Shown here: positions 59,447 to 64,000 of the stretch, piece after piece
Layout: every line of letters starts with the position of its first letter
How positions within the stretch are numbered: the first letter of the stretch is position 1
DNA from: Clostridia bacterium
Lineage (GTDB): Bacteria; Bacillota; Clostridia; Christensenellales; UBA3700
DNA length: 64,000 nt
Direction: 5' to 3'
Assembly (NCBI GenBank): GCA_029068165.1
Contig: JAIEDA010000011.1
Location: 58-64,057 of the forward strand
Position numbers and translations under genes: made by a program
Notes under the pieces: model-generated
Databases searched by the model: none
Seen by the model: only the letters and a program-made list of their open reading frames with translations
What the model was told of the DNA's origin: nothing

Positions 59447-59477
59447 CTATAATTTCTTACCTTTTATTATTTATCTA

Positions 59478-59819
59478 TTAAATATCCTTCATTTGTTTCA
59501 TAATCTCTATTATCAAATACTTTTGCCCGTGTGTCAAGTTATCGTACAATGCAATTAGTTGATCGTGCTCCTCGCTCAATCCTCCGCCGTGCATTTCCTC
59601 GTTTATACCCAGCAAAAAATCCGCCGACACGCCGTAATATTTGCTCAGCGCAATTATCGCTTCGCTTGTCGGCTTCGTCCCGCCAAGCTCCCATTGACAA
59701 ACAGTAGCCTGACCTATCCCCAAACTTTTTGCAAGCTCGCTTTGACTTATTTTGTACGTTTTCCTCAACGTCTTGAGTATGTCCTTGATTTCCATAGATA
59801 AATTATAGCACGCGATCAA
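59478..59819 (-). CDS. XRE family helix-turn-helix regulator
   Basis: It has ISQSELAKSLGIGQATVCQWELG. 113 aa. Confidence 0.8.
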   Translation of the reverse strand: MIACYNLSMEIKDILKTLRKTYKISQSELAKSLGIGQATVCQWELGGTKPTSEAIIALSKYYGVSADFLLGINEEMHGGGLSEEHDQLIALYDNLTHGQKYLIIEIMKQMKDI

Positions 59820-59976
59820 ATATTAGAAAAGCGATTAAACGCATAAATTTTATTACTTTTCAAATATTTAGTGCAAATTTTCTTATAAAACGGCATTTTC
59901 CGCCTGTCCATTACATTGAAAGAAATTTTGCGACATAATAAAATGTAGATACTTAAAAAAATTTTGGAGGAATACT

Positions 59977-60765
59977 ATGAAAAAGATCAAACTTATGGTC
60001 GTCGACGACAACGAAGAGTTTATCACAAACGTCAAAGAAAACTATTTTGACGACGAAGAAGTTGAGGTAATCGCAACCGCCCGCGACGGCTTGGACGCTA
60101 TTCACAAAATAGAAACTTACAATCCCGACGTTGTTATTCTCGACTTGATAATGCCTGAGGTCGACGGCTTCGGAGTTTTGGAAAATATAGACTACGCCGC
60201 GATGACGAAAAGACCCAGCTTTATAGTCGCGTCGCAACTCACGGGAGAAAACTTTATCAACAAGGCTCTATCTTACGGCGCAAGCTATTATCTAGTCAAA
60301 CCCGTCAATATGAATATGCTTAAAGATAGAGTACGCGAGTTCGGAGGTATACCCGCAGCTCCTAAAAATACGGAAATCGACGACCGCTTTATTCAGCAGG
60401 CAGTAAAACGCTCTCAGCATAATCTCGACGAGAAACTCGCGAATATCTTCATATCCGTAGGAATACCCGCGCACATCAAAGGCTATCAGTTCTTAAGAGA
60501 GGCTATCAAAATGGCTATTGACAGTCCCGAAATAATAAACAGTATTACCAAAAAGCTCTATCCGTCGATTGCGGACAAGTTCGATACTTCTCCGTCCAAA
60601 GTCGAAAGAGCTATACGCCACGCTATCGAAGTCGCTTGGAATAGAGGTAAGATTGAAAATATAAACAACATTTTCGGTATAAAAATCTATACCGCCAACG
60701 ACAAGCCTACCAACGGCGAATTTATAGCTTTGCTCGCCGATAAAATGATAATGGAAGGCGCTTGA
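59977..60765 (+). CDS. spo0A: sporulation master response regulator Spo0A
   Basis: It has a receiver domain (MVVDDN...DLIMPEVDG) and the Spo0A-specific C-terminal DNA-binding region GIPAHIKGYQFLREAIKMAI...SKVERAIRHAIEVAW. Confidence 0.9.
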   Translation: MKKIKLMVVDDNEEFITNVKENYFDDEEVEVIATARDGLDAIHKIETYNPDVVILDLIMPEVDGFGVLENIDYAAMTKRPSFIVASQLTGENFINKALSYGASYYLVKPVNMNMLKDRVREFGGIPAAPKNTEIDDRFIQQAVKRSQHNLDEKLANIFISVGIPAHIKGYQFLREAIKMAIDSPEIINSITKKLYPSIADKFDTSPSKVERAIRHAIEVAWNRGKIENINNIFGIKIYTANDKPTNGEFIALLADKMIMEGA

Positions 60766-61082
60766 TCTATCTAGACTTTTACACCCCAATACACCCTGAA
60801 AAACCGTCGAATTTCGCAAGAGATTCGTCGGTTTTTTATCCGACGTTTTCAAATTCGTACTTTTAAAAAACTAGACTGGTGAGCGAGATTTGCCGGCGCT
60901 GACGAAAGTATTGAATTTACGGTTTTTAGCGGCTTATTTTGCGTATAACACTTTACCCGAATTTATTGCGTAAATATAGCGTAGATTTAAGCTTAATTTC
61001 GCGTGTTTTTCATATAAGTCGGTCAAAAATTTACTATCGCCCTTTTTCGCGAAAAATTTTTGAACTTTTTTTGAAAAAAGTG

Positions 61083-61111
61083 TTTACAAATCTTATTTTT
61101 ATGCATATAAT
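61083..61111 (+). promoter_or_regulatory. sigma-70-type promoter of the zinc-ribbon/acidic protein gene
   Basis: TTTACA (61083-61088), a 17-nt spacer, then TATAAT (61106-61111). A GGAGGA RBS precedes the ATG at 61163. Confidence 0.55.
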
Positions 61112-61162
61112 ACTAAACATTGAATACATATCTTTTTTGACGCGTATGGAGGATAGGATTTT

Positions 61163-61705
61163 ATGGGAAAATATATTAAGTGTCCGAGATGCGAACTAAA
61201 TTGGATACTTGAAGAAAATGAGTATTGCGACGTTTGTAAGGCTGAACTCGGCGTCGAAGGCTTCACGCTTTTGGAGGACGAGGACGAGGATATGCTTTGC
61301 CCCGTTTGCGGCGCGAACTATATTGAACACGGCGAAAGAATGTGCTCCGAATGTAAATCCAAGCAAAAAGACGAGGTTGGAAATTACGAAACCGAAAGCG
61401 CTTCTAGCGACGACGAACAAAGCAATATAGAAGTTATTTCTTTCGACGAGCTTGAGCAGGAAGAGAGCGAGGAGAAATTCGATATCTACGACGATGCCTT
61501 CGACGATCCCGACGGCTTTGCAACTACCGGCGATTTTGACGACAAAGAAACTTTCGGCGACGATGAAGACGAGGAGGAAGAGGAAGAAGAATCGGAGAGC
61601 GTGGATGACGACTTCGAAAGCGACTTCAATTATGATATCGACGACGTAGATACGTCCGACATCGACGACGATGAAGAAGACGAAGAAAATTACGACGATA
61701 TTTAA
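61163..61705 (+). CDS. double zinc-ribbon protein with a long polyacidic C-terminal tail
   Basis: It has CPRC...CDVC and CPVC...CSEC, followed by about 110 aa dominated by D and E. Confidence 0.65.
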   Translation: MGKYIKCPRCELNWILEENEYCDVCKAELGVEGFTLLEDEDEDMLCPVCGANYIEHGERMCSECKSKQKDEVGNYETESASSDDEQSNIEVISFDELEQEESEEKFDIYDDAFDDPDGFATTGDFDDKETFGDDEDEEEEEEESESVDDDFESDFNYDIDDVDTSDIDDDEEDEENYDDI

Positions 61706-61723
61706 TCCCCAATCCAAATTCGA

Positions 61724-61753
61724 TTGACATATCATAACGATTTTTGATATAAT
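61724..61753 (+). promoter_or_regulatory. strong extended -10 promoter upstream of the tRNA-Ser-like element and tRNA-Ser
   Basis: TTGACA (61724-61729), an 18-nt spacer, then TGaTATAAT (-10 at 61748-61753). Confidence 0.6.
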
Positions 61754-61802
61754 AACAGGCGAAATGACGACGCCTAAGCGAAGTCGTTGCCAACAAAAAA
61801 TA

Positions 61803-61832
61803 AAAGGGCATCGCTCAAAACACTGCCCTTTT
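61803..61832 (+). other. hairpin in the leader of the tRNA-Ser unit (weak terminator-like)
   Basis: AAAGGGCA, a 13-nt loop, then TGCCCTTT, followed by only one more T. It lies downstream of the 61724 promoter, so it is not simply the terminator of 61163-61705. Confidence 0.4.
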
Positions 61833-61839
61833 ACCATAC

Positions 61840-61953
61840 GGAAGTGTATCGAAGCGGTCATAACGAGGCGGTCTTGAAAGGAAATTGATATCAAAGGGAC
61901 AAACCTTCAAAATCAATCTACAAGCCACCGCTGACAACTTGATGACTTCCCCA
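61840..61953 (+). pseudogene. degenerate tRNA-Ser-like element lacking the variable and T arms, with a 47-nt insertion after the anticodon loop
   Basis: Positions 1-40 match tRNA-Ser(UGA) with 3 substitutions. ACCGC (61927-61931) restores the anticodon stem. GACUUCC-CCA (61944-61953) restores the acceptor stem and CCA. Confidence 0.55.
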
Positions 61954-62107
61954 AAACGCTCGATTTGTGTTGGTGAGCAAACTGCACTTAGCAACAAATC
62001 GACAAGCCAAAGTCGGTCAAAGAATTCTACACTTGGGCCACCCAAATATAGAATTCCACAAAAAAATCTACAAAATATTTTTTGCACAAAAACTTAATAA
62101 TCAATTT

Positions 62108-62196
62108 GGAAGCGTATCGAAGTGGTCATAACGAGGTGGTCTTGAAAACCATTTGGGTGCAAGCCCACGGGGGTTCGAATCCCTCCGCTTCCGCCA
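62108..62196 (+). tRNA. tRNA-Ser (anticodon UGA), class II, CCA encoded
   Basis: Manual fold: acceptor GGAAGCG/CGCUUCC, anticodon arm GUGGU-CUUGAAA-ACCAU, long variable arm UGGGU-GCAA-GCCCA, T arm GGGGG-UUCGAAU-CCCUC. 89 nt. Confidence 0.9.
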
Positions 62197-62201
62197 AAAC
62201 G

Positions 62202-62248
62202 AGCCTAAAACGAACCCCCGTCAACGGGAAGTTTTAGGCTTGTTATTT
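62202..62248 (+). terminator. terminator-like hairpin after tRNA-Ser
   Basis: 10-bp stem AGCCTAAAAC / GTTTTAGGCT around a 19-nt loop, followed by TGTTATTT. Confidence 0.5.
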
Positions 62249-62315
62249 AATCATTTTTGCAAGCCTATATCTGGCATTTGCTACAAAAAAGCTTGATATA
62301 CACAAGTCATTGATT

Positions 62316-63584
62316 TTAATCTAAAGAAATCTCTTCGATTTTAAGTCTATTCTCTAAAAGCAATTTATGCATCAAATTTTTACCTTGATTCTCATTTGCA
62401 AGAGTCCTCCCATATACATTGATAAGTTTATAAATTGCTTCGTACTGTTCATAACCCTTAGAATAATAAAATACTAAACTAACTTTATCATTACTATAAA
62501 GATTATAATAATCAAATATGCTTTGAAAATATGAATAATCGGCTTCACTAAGCGAGTGCCCATAAAACTTAATCTCAATTTCATTATTATCTTTTGACGG
62601 CAGAATATTTATAGGCGCACTTGTATCAAGCATCTTTCTATATGTTTTGCTAAATAACCGCAAATCTGAATTGGCGTCTTGTGTTTGTATAAAAGTATCA
62701 TCTATTCCAAAAATTATATTCGATGATGTACAATTCTCTGTGCAACGATTATTACATAGTTTCCCATGAACATTGCCATATACGCAAGGACTTTCTACTT
62801 TTAGAATATCAAAAAGCGCAGTATAGTTGAAATTGATAATATTTGTATTCCTAAGTGCATAAAATTCATTTGACAATATCTTTTTAATAAAAGGTTCACC
62901 ATAATCTTTGTATTCAACTTTTGATATAACAAACTGATTAATATTACCGAATGTATAATTATAAAAATTCGTTAATCTTGCAAGTAAATTTACTGCATTA
63001 ACAAGATAATTCAAATTTAATTGATTTTTGTCTTGCGGATTTACAATTTGATTTTTGATAAACTGGCAAAAACGCTTTTCAAAATTATTTAACTCTTGAA
63101 AAAGCTGCATTGTTAATAACTGCAATTTCTCATCATCCGTATAATCTTCTATTTTCTCCAAATTCCTAATAAATTTAACACAATAACTAAACAAAAATTT
63201 TATTTGGTCTTCCGTGTTCTTCACAATACTGTATGCATACTGCTCTGGAATTTGCTTAGACTCTGCACACAATTTCACTTCTTCCCACAAACTTTTTTTA
63301 GTGTTAATTAATTTATCATTATCTCCATAATATAGTATCCAAAGCGTATTTTTAATAATAGTTTCAATATCGCACCATTTATACTTACTATTCCCATTTC
63401 TTTTATAATAATGAAACAATAATGTCTCCCAAAACCCTGTACAACTTGGTTTCATTTGCTGCAAGCCAAACCCCTTACCTATGTTATCAATAATTACACT
63501 ATTAAAAAAATCCTCATAGCTAGACTTTAATCCACACTGCAAATCAAATCCGTTTCCTAAAATAAGTAATTGCTTAACTTCCAT
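62316..63584 (-). CDS. AbiH-like abortive-infection (phage defence) family protein
   Basis: The N-terminal LLILGNGFDLQCGLKSSYEDFF and the C-terminal IKFYGHSLSEADYSYFQSIFD match my memory of the AbiH family hallmarks. The gene is very AT-rich and lies immediately downstream of tRNA-Ser. Confidence 0.7.
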   Translation of the reverse strand: MEVKQLLILGNGFDLQCGLKSSYEDFFNSVIIDNIGKGFGLQQMKPSCTGFWETLLFHYYKRNGNSKYKWCDIETIIKNTLWILYYGDNDKLINTKKSLWEEVKLCAESKQIPEQYAYSIVKNTEDQIKFLFSYCVKFIRNLEKIEDYTDDEKLQLLTMQLFQELNNFEKRFCQFIKNQIVNPQDKNQLNLNYLVNAVNLLARLTNFYNYTFGNINQFVISKVEYKDYGEPFIKKILSNEFYALRNTNIINFNYTALFDILKVESPCVYGNVHGKLCNNRCTENCTSSNIIFGIDDTFIQTQDANSDLRLFSKTYRKMLDTSAPINILPSKDNNEIEIKFYGHSLSEADYSYFQSIFDYYNLYSNDKVSLVFYYSKGYEQYEAIYKLINVYGRTLANENQGKNLMHKLLLENRLKIEEISLD

Positions 63585-63757
63585 AAGATAACTCCTAAAT
63601 ATATTAGAGTTATTATAAATAAAATGTCATATAATGTCAATTTTATATATTACAAATCAAACTAATGTTCAACATAACTTATATAATTTGCTGATTTATT
63701 TTACTTTACTTTTAATTTAGAGATAGTATAATAGAGTTATAAGGATGAAAAATATTT

Positions 63758-64000
63758 ATGAGTTTGTATGAGATTCTAACATTAGTAATATCTTTTTTCA
63801 GTATTATAGTATCATTTATCGCTGTTATTATAGCCTATTTACCTTATTCCAAGAAAATAGTTTTTAAAGTAATATTAAATCCATTTGTCTCATCTAGTGA
63901 TGGCTTTGAGATTCGTTTTCTAATAATAAACAAAACAAATAAAGATTTAATTATTGAAGGATTTAGCGCAATTAAACTTTTGAGTATACAAATATTTGAC
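63758..64000 (+). CDS. partial ORF (5' part) encoding an N-terminal transmembrane helix protein; runs off the window
   Basis: My own translation is MSLYEILTLVISFFSIIVSFIAVIIAYLPYSKKIVFKVILNPFVSSSDGFEIRFLIINKTNKDL..., with no stop before 64000. The RBS is weak (AAGGA 12 nt upstream). Confidence 0.35.
   Translation, partial: MSLYEILTLVISFFSIIVSFIAVIIAYLPYSKKIVFKVILNPFVSSSDGFEIRFLIINKTNKDLIIEGFSAIKLLSIQIFD

Noticed and set aside
59881-59976. Spo0A box (TGTCGCA on the minus strand, one mismatch to TGTCGAA) and a sigma-H-like promoter upstream of spo0A
   Set aside because: The matches are single and imperfect, so I cannot distinguish them from chance without comparative data.
60939-61199. 86-aa ORF downstream of spo0A
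   Set aside because: It has a non-ATG start and runs through the promoter and RBS of the 61163 gene. No motif is present.
61196-61894. 232-aa minus-strand ORF overlapping the acidic-tail gene and the tRNA-Ser promoter and leader
   Set aside because: It is the reverse complement of GAx-rich D/E codons, which gives F/V/I-rich nonsense. It also runs across a strong promoter and a structured RNA region.
61880-62107. Possibility that the tRNA-Ser 5' half at 61840 plus the following ~230 nt is a group I intron interrupting a tRNA at the anticodon loop
   Set aside because: The downstream gene is a complete tRNA with its own 5' half, not a 3' exon. The first element also has its own acceptor 3' strand and CCA at 61944-61953. 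I recognised no group I core elements.

Overview
This is a chromosomal segment of a Clostridia-like Firmicute. Supporting markers are Spo0A, pth-mfd, a two-subunit class I fumarase, rubrerythrin and thioredoxin, plus TTGACA/TATAAT promoters and GGAGG-type ribosome-binding sites (RBS) throughout. I can support about 58 CDS and 2 tRNA genes. I saw no rRNA, CRISPR array, transposase or integrase. Left third: an XRE regulator, two atypical SDR-fold proteins and an aldehyde dehydrogenase, then a NUDIX hydrolase, a 734-aa lipoprotein, mfd, pth, tadA, an M14 peptidase, fumarase, an MBL hydrolase, a CPBP protease, rlmH, a TSUP permease with a Cys-type sulfatase, and a MATE exporter with a structured leader. 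Middle: a tRNA-Thr locus carrying tandem tRNA-derived modules, a GPH/MFS symporter with a GH20 hexosaminidase, and an HxxxD acyltransferase coupled to a zinc-ribbon membrane protein. These are followed by an iolJCBDEAG myo-inositol catabolic operon and a visibly AT-richer ~14.4-kb Wzx/Wzy-type surface-polysaccharide locus. That locus encodes rfbABDC, a putative CDP-alditol pathway with LicD, two GT2 enzymes, a priming phosphoglycosyl transferase, and an unusual aldolase-like / PLP-decarboxylase / class IV aminotransferase trio. Right: a second GH20, trxA, rubrerythrin, two tandem paralogous lipoproteins, an AEC permease, an XRE regulator, spo0A and a zinc-ribbon protein with a polyacidic tail. 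The window ends with a tRNA-Ser transcription unit preceded by a degenerate T-arm-less tRNA-Ser-like element, and a very AT-rich islet carrying an AbiH-like abortive-infection gene. The observations I rate highest are the two tRNA-derived structured elements (23.4-23.8 kb and 61.7-62.2 kb), the amino-acid-type tailoring cassette at the head of the polysaccharide locus, the AbiH islet beside tRNA-Ser, and the terminator-containing MATE leader. All functional calls rest on motif-level reading of the supplied translations. No database search or folding program was run.
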